Source: Deinococcus sp. (GTDB lineage Bacteria; Deinococcota; Deinococci; Deinococcales; Deinococcaceae). Taken from it: DNA of 64,000 bases. The position numbers were made by a program, and so were the translations under genes. Below the pieces are notes generated by a model that saw only the letters and a list, made by a program, of their open reading frames with translations, had not been told where the DNA came from and made no database searches. Location of the stretch: contig OZ253375.1 in assembly GCA_965261005.1 (NCBI GenBank), positions 1,696,001 to 1,760,000 of the forward strand, given 5' to 3'. The number at the start of each line of letters is the position of its first letter. Within the stretch, counting starts at the first letter, position 1. Positions 23,154 through 38,900 of the stretch are shown here, in pieces.

Positions 23154-23612
23154 ATGAAACGAGTTGCGCGCTGGCTTGTCGTCGGCCTTGCTGTCTTGAC
23201 AGCCATCGTCTTTGCTCAAACACAACATGGGAAAAGCACCAACATGAATAGTAAGGAAGAAGCACTTCTATTTATCACCGAACTTGTGAAAAGCCCATTA
23301 TCTCTTAAGGCCGTCAAGTGTCCACCACCTGGAAAAGTTAAATCGGATGTAGCTTGTTTTGGAACTCAAATAACTGTAGATGACTTTAGGGAACAAGTCG
23401 ATAAACTAACACCTAGCCAGCTACAGCCTGTCACGGGATGGCGAGATGATTTTGGAGTAATGAGCGCAAAATTTTACCTCAATCAAAATAAAAACTATGA
23501 GGTAGGTCTTATCTACACTCGTAGAGGCTTTGCATGGGATATTTACAGAGAAGAGTACGAACCTCTTAAAGAGGATTTAGGTTTGGTAAGTCTTGTTGTC
23601 GAAGAACATTGA
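23154..23612 (+). CDS. Exported low-GC protein, candidate immunity protein
   Basis: ATGA overlap with the lipase gene stop; signal peptide MKRVARWLVVGLAVLTAIVFA; two Cys; visibly AT-rich. Confidence 0.75.
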   Translation: MKRVARWLVVGLAVLTAIVFAQTQHGKSTNMNSKEEALLFITELVKSPLSLKAVKCPPPGKVKSDVACFGTQITVDDFREQVDKLTPSQLQPVTGWRDDFGVMSAKFYLNQNKNYEVGLIYTRRGFAWDIYREEYEPLKEDLGLVSLVVEEH

Positions 23613-23714
23613 AGTCACATAATTCAAAAGAGCTAGACATTTAACACCGGGGATGAGTAACCTCGTTTAGGGGTTGAAGAAGGGAAAGTTGTGTGCCAGG
23701 ACGGTGATGGCGAC

Positions 23715-24203
23715 GCCAAGACGGACCCGATCCTGCATGGGGAGGCGGGACGGGCGGCGGTGCTGGCGGGGGTGTACAAAGCGACCGGCCTCACCTTCCG
23801 GGTCTTCGCCGCCAACCTGCCCTACAACCTCGCGCTCGAACAGCTGGACAAGAAGCTGAAAGAAGCCACGCCCGAAAAGCTACACGACCGTGAGGGCTTG
23901 CAGGCCGCGATCAAAAGCTGGACGAAGCTGCTCGACGGCATGGACAAGCTGCGGATCGGCGACAGCGCCGACGAGATGGCCCACATGCTCCAGCTCGACA
24001 ATACCGAGACGTATAGGGCGCTCAAGCTGCTGGGCGAGGTTGTCCTTCCCGGAGAAGACAAACGTCATGGGCCGGACTGGACGGTATTCCTGACCAAACA
24101 CGCGCTCATCAAGGACGACCAGGGTTTGGTGACGCTGGTTGCTGAAGAACGCGGAAAGTCGCTCTTCATCAAGCTTTGGGCACACCATCCCAGTGGACAT
24201 TGA
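23715..24203 (+). pseudogene. Orphan cassette: duplicated toxin C-terminus fused to an immunity C-terminal remnant
   Basis: Near-identical DNA to 21244-21309 plus 22798-~23055; tail WTVFLTKHALIKDDQGLVTLVAEE matches the immunity C-terminus WDIYREEYEPLKEDLGLVSLVVEE. Confidence 0.8.
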
Positions 24204-24456
24204 CGGCCGGCAGTACCTTAGTACTGACCCACTCCAGCTCGGAAGCGCGCCCCGCCTCAATCTCGAAGCTGCCCGTGTGCTGGCCATTCAACGAGGTTTC
24301 GGTCAGGGTGACGCGCAGCGCCGTGATCGGTGTCGTCATGGGCAGTTGGCCCTCGTCGAAGGCCATGTGCAGCGCCGCGATCAGCGGCGCCGGCAGGGGT
24401 GTATTGGAGCGCAACTCGCCTTGTTCGTTGACCAGCACCCAAAACGTCGTATTCAT
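24169..24456 (-). CDS. Hypothetical protein (~95 aa)
   Basis: GGGGAG RBS before ATG 24456; globular-looking composition. Confidence 0.5.
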   Translation of the reverse strand: MNTTFWVLVNEQGELRSNTPLPAPLIAALHMAFDEGQLPMTTPITALRVTLTETSLNGQHTGSFEIEAGRASELEWVSTKVLPAVNVHWDGVPKA

Positions 24457-24757
24457 CAAGTCTCCCCATACCGCCACTGCCATCCGGCAGAGAAATGCGG
24501 CTCCTTCATCCTTGCAACGGGCAGCTTCAGTTTTATGAGACCAAGGCTGCCCGATTTGTGCGCCGCACCCCTCGCTCTTGGCGTGCCAATCTGGCGATCA
24601 GGACCGCTACAAGGTCAGCCTCATCCCTGTTCGGCATGGCCCTGACCGGACATTGTTCGGCCAGGACGGCGCGCCGAGCAAGGACACCGCGGGCTGCCTC
24701 AGTGTTGGCGTGGGCGAGCGGCGCCAGGCGCCTTGAGCGATATGGACCAGGTCGCGC

Positions 24758-24905
24758 TTAGAGAATCCCACCGCCCACGAACAGGCGCAGCGCCGCCAGG
24801 GCCAGCACCACCACGCACAGAATCAGCCCGCCGCGCTGACGGCTGAGGTCGCCCAGGATCAGGCCCAGCAAGGCGGCGGGCACCGTCAGAAACCAAGCGC
24901 CTTGA
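24758..24905 (-). pseudogene. 3' fragment of a small membrane protein
   Basis: WFLTVPAALLGLILG...LCVVVLALAALRLFVGGGIL has two TM helices but no plausible start before it runs into the divergent ArsR gene. Confidence 0.45.
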
Positions 24906-24917
24906 GCGGGGCAGCAA

Positions 24918-25472
24918 GTGAACGGCGCCCTCGACGCCCGCGACGCCGTGTTTAAAGCCCTGGGGCACCCGACGCGCCTCTTGATGGTCAACCTCACCTG
25001 AGACCAGCCGCGCCACGGCGAGGAACTGGCGGCCATCCTGAAGATCACGCCGGCCACCGCCAGCCATCACCTGTCGCAGCTGGTCGAGACGGGCCTGCTC
25101 TCTGCCCGGCGCGACGGCCCGTACCAGATGTACGCCCCGGACAAGGCGCGCTTCGGGGCGACCCTGGAAAGCCTGTGCCGTCAGCCGCAACAGGAAGTGC
25201 CGCCGGGTACGGACGACTACCAACAAAAAGTTTTGCGCGCCTTTTTGAAGCAGGGCCGCTTGGTCCGTATTCCGGCGCAGCGCAAAAAGCGCGACGTGAT
25301 CCTGGACGTGTTGGCGGAGCTGTTCGAGCCGGACCGCGACTACCCCGAGCGCGAGGTGAACCTCAAGCTCGCGGAGTTCCACGAGGACTTCTTCACCCTG
25401 CGCCGCGAGCTGATTGGGCGCGGATTGATGACGCGCGAGGGGGGCGTGTACCGCCGGGTCATACGAACTTAA
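24918..25472 (+). pseudogene. ArsR-family HTH + DUF2087 regulator with in-frame TGA
   Basis: VFKALGHPTRLLMVNLT*DQPRHGEELA...ATASHHLSQL...GL in frame with the 25128-25472 ORF (IPAQRKKR...YPEREVN...DFFTLRRELI); TGA at 24999-25001. Confidence 0.85.
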
Positions 25473-25588
25473 GATGAGTCGAAGACGAATCCGAGCGGAG
25501 CGAGTACAAGAAAATACGGGATGGCGACGATGGAAACCTATGTTGGTGTTTTCCCGACATAGGTTGGAATCAAAGCAGTTCCGTATCA
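25459..25588 (-). repeat. Deinococcus-type small interspersed repeat / MITE-like element
   Basis: Ends TCATACG...CGTATCA; internal hairpin AACCTATGTTGG...CCGACATAGGTT; colinear, in reverse, with 62663-62848. Confidence 0.75.
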
Positions 25589-25589
25589 C

Positions 25590-26516
25590 TCACGCCGGCG
25601 CGGGCACCTGATCCAAGAGGGCGCGCAGCTCCCCCAGCGTCTCCACCCGGACCAAGCTCTCCCGCCACTCCGGCCGCCCCGGAAAGTAGCGCGGCAAGAC
25701 TTTTCGCAACTGGAGTAGGCCGCGCCGCTCGCCGTAAAAGCTGGCGTTCAGCGCGGCGTGGCGCAGGGCGACCTCCGCGCGCTCCGCCTCTGTGGGCGCC
25801 GGCCCGCCGCCCACCTGACGAAACAGCCACGGGTTGCCCACCGCGCCGCGCCCCACCATCACGCCGGCCACCCCGAGGGCCAGCTTCTCGCGCGCCGCCC
25901 CCACGCTCGTCACGTCGCCCGAGCCGACCAGCGGAATCCGCAGCGCCGCCGCGACGCGGGCGATGGCGTCCCAATCGGCCTCGCCCTCGTAGCGCTGGAC
26001 AGCGGTACGCCCGTGTACGGCGATCAGGTCGGCCCCGGCCGCCTCCAGGCCCAGGGCGATGTCCAGCGCCTGGTCCTGGTCCCAGCCGAGGCGCAGCTTG
26101 GCGCTGACGTCGCAGCTCACGGCCGCACGCATGGCGCGCAGCAATTCGTAGGCCGTCTCGGGCGCCCTGAGCAGCGAGCTGCCGCCCCGGCCGCGCACCT
26201 TGGGCACCGGGCAGCCCAAGTTGAGGTCAATCGCGGCGGGCGCGAAGGTCGCCTCCACCCGCCGCGCGGCCTCCGCCAAAACGTGTGGATCGGCGCCGAA
26301 CAGCTGAATCACGCGCCCCTCCTCTCCCGGCAGCGGGCGCCCGATGTCCAGGGTGGCGTCCCCTTCGAGCACCCCACGCGCGCTCATCATCTCGCTGACG
26401 GTCCACAGCGCGCCAAGCTGAGCGGAGATTCGGCGAAAGGGCGCGTCGCTGTAGCCGGCCATCGGGGCCAAGACGGCCCCCCTTTGGATCAGCTTCGCGG
26501 CGTAAAAACCCTGCAC
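25590..26516 (-). CDS. dus: tRNA-dihydrouridine synthase family protein
   Basis: [48 protein letters not shown]. Confidence 0.93.
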   Translation of the reverse strand: MQGFYAAKLIQRGAVLAPMAGYSDAPFRRISAQLGALWTVSEMMSARGVLEGDATLDIGRPLPGEEGRVIQLFGADPHVLAEAARRVEATFAPAAIDLNLGCPVPKVRGRGGSSLLRAPETAYELLRAMRAAVSCDVSAKLRLGWDQDQALDIALGLEAAGADLIAVHGRTAVQRYEGEADWDAIARVAAALRIPLVGSGDVTSVGAAREKLALGVAGVMVGRGAVGNPWLFRQVGGGPAPTEAERAEVALRHAALNASFYGERRGLLQLRKVLPRYFPGRPEWRESLVRVETLGELRALLDQVPAPA

Positions 26517-26677
26517 AGCTGGAGGTTAGCGCAAGCCCCACTCTCATTCCAAAGCTTCAGGCCGGGTGAGCGTCCGCACGGCGAGCGACACACGGCAAGC
26601 TGAAAAAAAGCCTGCATACTCTGACGGCAACCGCCCGCTTATACTGATTTCAACCCCGACAACCCCTGGAGGATCGT

Positions 26678-27151
26678 GTGCTCAGCGCGTCGCCCATCAC
26701 CCTGCACCAGGCCCACCTGCTGCACCAACTGTACGGTTCGGCGCCCGCCTACTTCGGGTTGCTCGGCACGCCCATGCCCTCGCGCCACGAGGTCGAGCGC
26801 GAGGTCGAACTGGCGCTGCTCGATCCGCGCCGCCAGCTGGAACTGCTGTGGCAAGGCGAGCAATTGATCGGCGCCCTCGACACCAAGCGGCACTTTCCGC
26901 AAGGGGGCGACCTCACCATCAACCTGCTCCTGATCGCCGGGCCGTGCCAAGGTCAGGGCCACGGCTCGCGCGCCGTGCTCGACTTGGAGGCGCGCCTACC
27001 CACAGACGTGGGACGGCTGCTCGCCAGCGTGCTGGGCGATAATTCGCGTGCGGCGCGCTTTTGGCAACGCCACGGCTACCGCCACGCCATTGACGCCCTT
27101 CCCGTGATGACCTGGTACGCCAAGGATGTGAGCGCGGCCGTGAACGTCTAA
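26678..27151 (+). CDS. GNAT N-acetyltransferase
   Basis: LLLI...QGQGHG...N..AARFWQRHGY; GGAGG RBS. Confidence 0.85.
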   Translation: MLSASPITLHQAHLLHQLYGSAPAYFGLLGTPMPSRHEVEREVELALLDPRRQLELLWQGEQLIGALDTKRHFPQGGDLTINLLLIAGPCQGQGHGSRAVLDLEARLPTDVGRLLASVLGDNSRAARFWQRHGYRHAIDALPVMTWYAKDVSAAVNV

Positions 27152-27204
27152 CGCCCGTCACCCGCCTCACGGTGGCGCTTTTTGGGGTGCGGCAAGCTAG
27201 AAAG

Positions 27205-27921
27205 ATGAACCACGCTTACGTGGACGGCAGCCAGCAGGGGGATGTGGGCGGTTGGGGCGTGATTCTGCTGTCTCCTGGCCAGCTGGGGGCGCGTCACTGC
27301 GGGCGGGCGCGGGTGGCTGACAACGGCGCCTGCGAGCTGCTGGCAGTGCTGGAGGCCGTGCAGCTGGCTCCTCCCGGCCAGCCGCTGACCATTCACACCG
27401 ACGCGACCTGCGCCGTGCAGGCGGTGCGGCGCGGCACCTTGCACCCGCAGCAGAGCGAACTGGGCGAGCGGGTGCGGCGCCTCGCGCACGAGCGCGGCAT
27501 TCGCCTGAGCGTGACCCTGACCCCGCGCGCCGCGCGCCGCCTGCAAGAGGCGCACCAGCTCGCCGTAGGCGCGCGGCTGGAGGTGGCGCCCAGCGTGCCG
27601 GAGCGCCCGCAGGTGCGGGTGCGCGTGCGCAAGCTGGCTTGGGGCGCGCGGGCCGACCTCACTTTCAAACGTGATGGGCAGACCGAGCGGGCGGCGCCGC
27701 TGCTGCCCGAGCAAGAAGGCGTGCCGCCCGCGCTGCTGGCCCTCGGCGAGCTGGTCCGGCGCGCCCGGCCAGGAGAACAGTTGAACGTCCTGATGGACTC
27801 GACCTTGGTGCCGAGTTGGTGGCAGGAGCCTGATCTGGCCGTGCATCCCGGGGCGCGCGCCACCTTGGAAGAGATCCGTGCGCAGGCGGACGGGCGCGGC
27901 GTCACGCTGGAGTTCGAGTGA
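27205..27921 (+). CDS. RNase H-like domain protein with C-terminal extension
   Basis: YVDGS...GGWG...NGACELLAVLEAV...IHTDA...EAHQLA. Confidence 0.75.
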   Translation: MNHAYVDGSQQGDVGGWGVILLSPGQLGARHCGRARVADNGACELLAVLEAVQLAPPGQPLTIHTDATCAVQAVRRGTLHPQQSELGERVRRLAHERGIRLSVTLTPRAARRLQEAHQLAVGARLEVAPSVPERPQVRVRVRKLAWGARADLTFKRDGQTERAAPLLPEQEGVPPALLALGELVRRARPGEQLNVLMDSTLVPSWWQEPDLAVHPGARATLEEIRAQADGRGVTLEFE

Positions 27922-28463
27922 CGCAGGATGAAGAGGCCGACCCCCTGCTCTCCACCCACGAGCTGAAGGGGCGCGGCTGGACGCCCTCGCTGATCCGCGA
28001 CTTTCTGGGGCCGCACGACGCCACCCGGCCAAACCGCATGCGCCTGGGTGGGCGGCGCACGCTGCCCCACGTCAAGCTCTACTTGACGGAGCGGGTGAAC
28101 GAGGCCGAGTCGGAGGAGCGTTTTTTGATCGCGCAGGGGCGGGCCATGGACGCCCGCGAGCGCGCCGAACGCGCCCGGAATACCCGCCGGGCCAAGCGGT
28201 TGGCCCAGGTGGAGGCGCTGCTGAGCGATTGGCCGCCCAAGATCGCGCCCGTACAGATTCGCCGGGGCGCCCGCCGTAAGGCTTACGTGGCGCATCAAGA
28301 CCTGTTGCTGGACGCCCAAAGCCGGGTGAACGCCGCCCTGCCCAACTTGCCGCGCGCCGAGCGGGCCGCCGTGGAGGCGCGTCTGGAGACGCTGTACTGG
28401 GCGGCGCTGGAGGCCGCTTACCCGTGGTTGATGAAGCGGGAGATCATCCCGGACCACACTTGA
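27918..28463 (+). CDS. Hypothetical protein (RGWT...KLY motif)
   Basis: GTGA overlap with the upstream gene; LKGRGWTPSLIRDFLG..D...PN...KLYLTERV. Confidence 0.7.
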   Translation: MTQDEEADPLLSTHELKGRGWTPSLIRDFLGPHDATRPNRMRLGGRRTLPHVKLYLTERVNEAESEERFLIAQGRAMDARERAERARNTRRAKRLAQVEALLSDWPPKIAPVQIRRGARRKAYVAHQDLLLDAQSRVNAALPNLPRAERAAVEARLETLYWAALEAAYPWLMKREIIPDHT

Positions 28464-28494
28464 TTTCGGCACGCGCGGTATGCTGGGAGACGCC

Positions 28495-31299
<2,805 letters not shown>

Positions 31300-31334
31300 T
31301 GGCTGGCTAAGCGACCCAATGGTATTGTTGGGTC

Positions 31335-31781
31335 GTGATTCCGCCGTTCGATGAACGTGGTTTTTTACCGCCCGGCGAGTATGTATGCGCCTGGACGGAA
31401 TGCGTGGAGCGCTTCGGGAATCACCCTCAGCGTCAACGGCTGCTCACTGGACTGCGTGAAGTGTTGGACATTTTGCGCGCCGCTGGCTGCCGCACAGTCT
31501 ATTTGGACGGCAGTTTCGTGACCGACAAGCCGCGCCCCAACGATGTGGACGCGGCTTATAGCACAACTGGTCTCGATTGGGAGCAACTTCAGCGCGCCGC
31601 GCCGGAGCTGCTCGACTTTCGCGACGGCCGCGCCGCCCAGAAACGCCGGTATGGCGGCGAGTTCTTTCCAGCCGAATGGGCAGCCGACTTGGCCGGTGAA
31701 CCGTTTCTCAGCTTCTTTCAGCACGACCGGGACGGCCGGCCCAAGGGCGTCGTCGTCTTGCATTTGGAGGCCGCGTTATGA
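31335..31781 (+). CDS. DUF6932-like minimal nucleotidyltransferase-fold protein
   Basis: G.LPPG, LDGSFVTDKPRPNDVD (GS...DxD), FF..DRDG.PKG. Confidence 0.75.
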   Translation: MIPPFDERGFLPPGEYVCAWTECVERFGNHPQRQRLLTGLREVLDILRAAGCRTVYLDGSFVTDKPRPNDVDAAYSTTGLDWEQLQRAAPELLDFRDGRAAQKRRYGGEFFPAEWAADLAGEPFLSFFQHDRDGRPKGVVVLHLEAAL

Positions 31782-32266
31782 TTCAGAACGAACGCCAGTA
31801 CCGCGTCACACGCACCCAGGTTGCCACCTTCGAGCGGGCGCTGGCGCAGTTGGATGGGCGGGCGGAAGAGTTGCATCCCATCGCCCTGCGCGCCCAACGC
31901 AACGCCCTCACCTCACAGCTTGAAACACTGAAGGCGGAACTGGCCCGCTTCGAGGCGTTACGGGCCGGTCAGGTGACGTTCGACCACTTGGACGTGGTGG
32001 AGCGGCTGCCCACGCTGCTGATCGAATTGCGCGTGGCAGCCGGCCTAACCCAGCGCGCGCTGAGCGAGGCGCTGGGCATTCACGAAGAACAGGTGCGCCG
32101 CTACGAGGCGACCGGCTACGCGGCGGCCAGCCTCGACCGGGTGTTGCAGATTGTGGACTGTTGCCGTATGCATTTATCTACTCCTGCAATGCCGTCACCA
32201 CCATTTACAGAAGTGCCGCCGCAAGCTTCTTTTTTCGAGCACTTCCCTGAACGGCGGGTCGCCTGA
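31778..32266 (+). CDS. XRE-family HTH regulator with N-terminal coiled coil
   Basis: MIQNERQYRVT N-terminus; RVAAGLTQRALSEALGI...VRRYE; ATGA overlap with the upstream gene. Confidence 0.85.
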   Translation: MIQNERQYRVTRTQVATFERALAQLDGRAEELHPIALRAQRNALTSQLETLKAELARFEALRAGQVTFDHLDVVERLPTLLIELRVAAGLTQRALSEALGIHEEQVRRYEATGYAAASLDRVLQIVDCCRMHLSTPAMPSPPFTEVPPQASFFEHFPERRVA

Positions 32267-32303
32267 ATCAGCCGACTTCCGTAATACTTATCTTACAGGA
32301 GAC

Positions 32304-32813
32304 ATGATGTTAAGTAGCAGATTTCATCTCCTCGACCCGCAAGAGCAGCCAGTTCAGCATGCCGAATTGGCGTTGGTTGCATCCAACGGCACTTATGTAT
32401 TTGCGCAAAGCAACAACAAAGGCGTCGCGGCTCTGGAATTACCAGATGAGCAACCTGGCACCCTACTTATTGCACACCCTCAACATCGTGCGTTGGTCGT
32501 TTCAGATTTTTCGCCCAAGTCTAAGCATCGCCTTACTCTGTCTGGCAATCCAGGACAGGGGAGTGTCATTTTTTTATTGTCAACTGGTGAAGTGCCAGGT
32601 TTGGAAGGTCGCCTCAATCCTATCAAAGATAACTTGAGACGCACATATATCTACGGTGACAACATCAGTTTTAACAACCAGCCTGAGCAACCATTCTCCT
32701 TCGTTCTCGACGTACCATTTATGGCTGAGGACGCTCAGCGCCACCGCTTCAAGCTCACCGTTCGTGAAATTATTGGCCGTACCAGCTTGCTCGACTTCGA
32801 GCAACAAATCTGA
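32304..32813 (+). CDS. Hypothetical protein, lower GC
   Basis: AGGAG RBS before ATG 32304; beta-rich 169-aa ORF. Confidence 0.65.
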   Translation: MMLSSRFHLLDPQEQPVQHAELALVASNGTYVFAQSNNKGVAALELPDEQPGTLLIAHPQHRALVVSDFSPKSKHRLTLSGNPGQGSVIFLLSTGEVPGLEGRLNPIKDNLRRTYIYGDNISFNNQPEQPFSFVLDVPFMAEDAQRHRFKLTVREIIGRTSLLDFEQQI

Positions 32814-32865
32814 AAAGCGTTGCTTGTTTAGATCACAGCGGGGATTGCCAAGGTCTGAGCGCTTT

Positions 32866-33279
32866 CTAGCCCTTGCGCCACAGCCGCCAAAACAGCGCGG
32901 CGGACACCAGCGCGAGGCTGCCCGGCAGCAGGTGCCACAGCCCCGCCCCCCCTTGCCACGGCAGCCCGACCAAGGCGACCAGCAGGGCCACCAGCGCGCC
33001 GACCCCGTAGGCGGCGCGCTCGTGTTTGGTGTCGTACTGCCGCACGCGCGGCAGAGGGTCGCCCATCGCGTCGCGGGCCTCGATGTAGCGGATCACCAGC
33101 ACCAGGCAGAACAGAAAGGCGATAAAGGAGGCGCCCACCTCGAAGACGCCGGGCAGCAGGGAAGCGCTCATGTCGAAGATGCTGATGATGGCCTGCCCGA
33201 GGCCGCCCAATACGCCCAGAACGGCGGCGCCCAGCAGGGGCGCGGAAGTGTAGGCGGGCGCTTCGCCGAACTCTGACAT
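32866..33279 (-). CDS. Four-TM membrane protein
   Basis: Four hydrophobic segments; GAGAGG RBS. Confidence 0.75.
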   Translation of the reverse strand: MSEFGEAPAYTSAPLLGAAVLGVLGGLGQAIISIFDMSASLLPGVFEVGASFIAFLFCLVLVIRYIEARDAMGDPLPRVRQYDTKHERAAYGVGALVALLVALVGLPWQGGAGLWHLLPGSLALVSAALFWRLWRKG

Positions 33280-33489
33280 TTGGACCTCTCGGGTTGGGAA
33301 CGTCGAACGTTCCCAGCATAGGGCGAACGCCTTGTTTCGCCAAGCGCCCGATTCACCACTTTGGGAGGTGAGCGCCGGTCACGGCCACTGTTGGACAGCT
33401 TGGAACGCTGCTCTAGACTGTGGGGTGCCCACAACCGCTCGGTCTGGACGCAGTTCGGATCGCCCACCATTCCGACCAAAGGGGAATTC

Positions 33490-36198
<2,709 letters not shown>

Positions 36199-36221
36199 TC
36201 GGTGCTCAGGTAAGGAGAGAT

Positions 36222-37889
<1,668 letters not shown>

Positions 37890-37896
37890 ACGTAAA

Positions 37897-37930
37897 AAAG
37901 CCGGCCCTGTAATGACACGGGGCCGGCTTT
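37897..37930. terminator. Probable bidirectional intrinsic terminator
   Basis: AAAGCCGGCCC...GGGCCGGCTTT between convergent genes. Confidence 0.75.
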
Positions 37931-37939
37931 CCCGTGGCA

Positions 37940-38230
37940 CTACAAGCAGGCGCCGCCGCGCCACCGCACGTCGCCGTCCACCCGCACAATCTGCTCGCCG
38001 ATCACGTCGTTGTCCACGTTGACGCCGTGGCTGCCGGGGGCGACCGCGAAGCTGCGCACCCCCCGCCCCGGCACCGCGCCCACGTTGCGCCCGTCAACAA
38101 AGACGACCGCGCGGGTCAGGCAGCGGGTGTTGTCCACCGTCAGGTTGTAGCTGCTGGGCGTCACGGAGATGCGGCAGGCGGAGAGGCCCAGGGCCGCGCC
38201 CGCCAGCAAGATCATCTTCAAAGAGCGCAT
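37940..38230 (-). CDS. Small lipoprotein, PEGA-like beta domain
   Basis: MRSLKMILLAGAALGLSAC lipobox; VFVDG..VG...VAPGSH; AAAGGAG RBS (3' end of the 37940-39757 track ORF). Confidence 0.75.
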   Translation of the reverse strand: MRSLKMILLAGAALGLSACRISVTPSSYNLTVDNTRCLTRAVVFVDGRNVGAVPGRGVRSFAVAPGSHGVNVDNDVIGEQIVRVDGDVRWRGGACL

Positions 38231-38280
38231 AGAAAACTCCTTTCGGCCGCAGGGGCGGCGCGCCTGATTATGGCCGAAAC

Positions 38281-38859
38281 TCATGGGGCCGCCGGGCGCA
38301 CCAGCGCGATGCTGCACTTGCCCAGCTTGCTGGCGTCTTTCTTGTCCACGTAGGCGTCTATGTCGGCCTTGCTGCCCGCGAACACGCCCGTAAAGCGGGT
38401 CTGGTCCTTGTTCTTGCTGGGGTCCCAGGCGAAGCAGTGCCGCTCCCGCGCCGCGCCGCCATTGTCTCCCCCCCTGTACTGCGAGGCCATCAGAAACTCG
38501 GGGTCGCTGTCCAGCGGGTCGTACCACAATTGGCCCACCGCGTTTCGGCGCGCGTCGTCCGTGAACAGCACCTGCGGGTCCTGAAAGATAACCACCCCGT
38601 CCTGGTCGGTCTCGGGCGCCCCGGCAATCTCGACCAAGAACACGTCCTCGTTTTGTTCGCCGGGCAGGTTGCCGCGCACGACCCACAGCTGACCGGGCTT
38701 CAGAATCGGGTTGACGCCCGTAGGCTGCGTGGTCGTAGGCTGAGCGGCCTGGCTGTGAGCCGTGGGGGCGCTGCCAGAAGAAGCTTGGGCGACCATCTGC
38801 GCCGGCGCGCACGAGCACAGCAGCGCGCCGACGAATAGCAAGAGGGAGAGGCGGGACAT
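38281..38859 (-). CDS. Hypothetical lipoprotein
   Basis: LLCSC lipobox; leaderless TACAAT-N6-ATG. Confidence 0.75.
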   Translation of the reverse strand: MSRLSLLLFVGALLCSCAPAQMVAQASSGSAPTAHSQAAQPTTTQPTGVNPILKPGQLWVVRGNLPGEQNEDVFLVEIAGAPETDQDGVVIFQDPQVLFTDDARRNAVGQLWYDPLDSDPEFLMASQYRGGDNGGAARERHCFAWDPSKNKDQTRFTGVFAGSKADIDAYVDKKDASKLGKCSIALVRPAAP

Positions 38860-38900
38860 GCTGGGATTGTAGAGGAACGCGCCCGAGAAAAAAGTCGGCC

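Larger units (their letters stand above)
19276..23157 (+). pseudogene. Large lipase-domain (class 3/GHSLGG) effector-like gene interrupted by an IS; reconstructs to ~798 aa
   Basis: VVAFRGTE, FAGHSLGGALA, NDVVP motifs; removing the IS and one TSD joins ...AGVYKT (to 21312) in frame with FGFTFRVF... (22798-23157). Confidence 0.85.

Noticed and set aside
22750..23157. 135-aa ORF as an independent gene
   Set aside because: It starts inside the IS right end and is the displaced 3' part of the lipase gene.
24484..24757. Possible structured ncRNA (CGGGCAGC...GCTGCCCG hairpin)
   Set aside because: A single short stem in GC-rich DNA with no recognisable family features.
24999..25001. Selenocysteine or programmed readthrough at the ArsR TGA
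   Set aside because: No evident SECIS-like element, the position is not a known Cys/Sec site, and the surrounding region looks degraded; a nonsense mutation or sequencing error is simpler.
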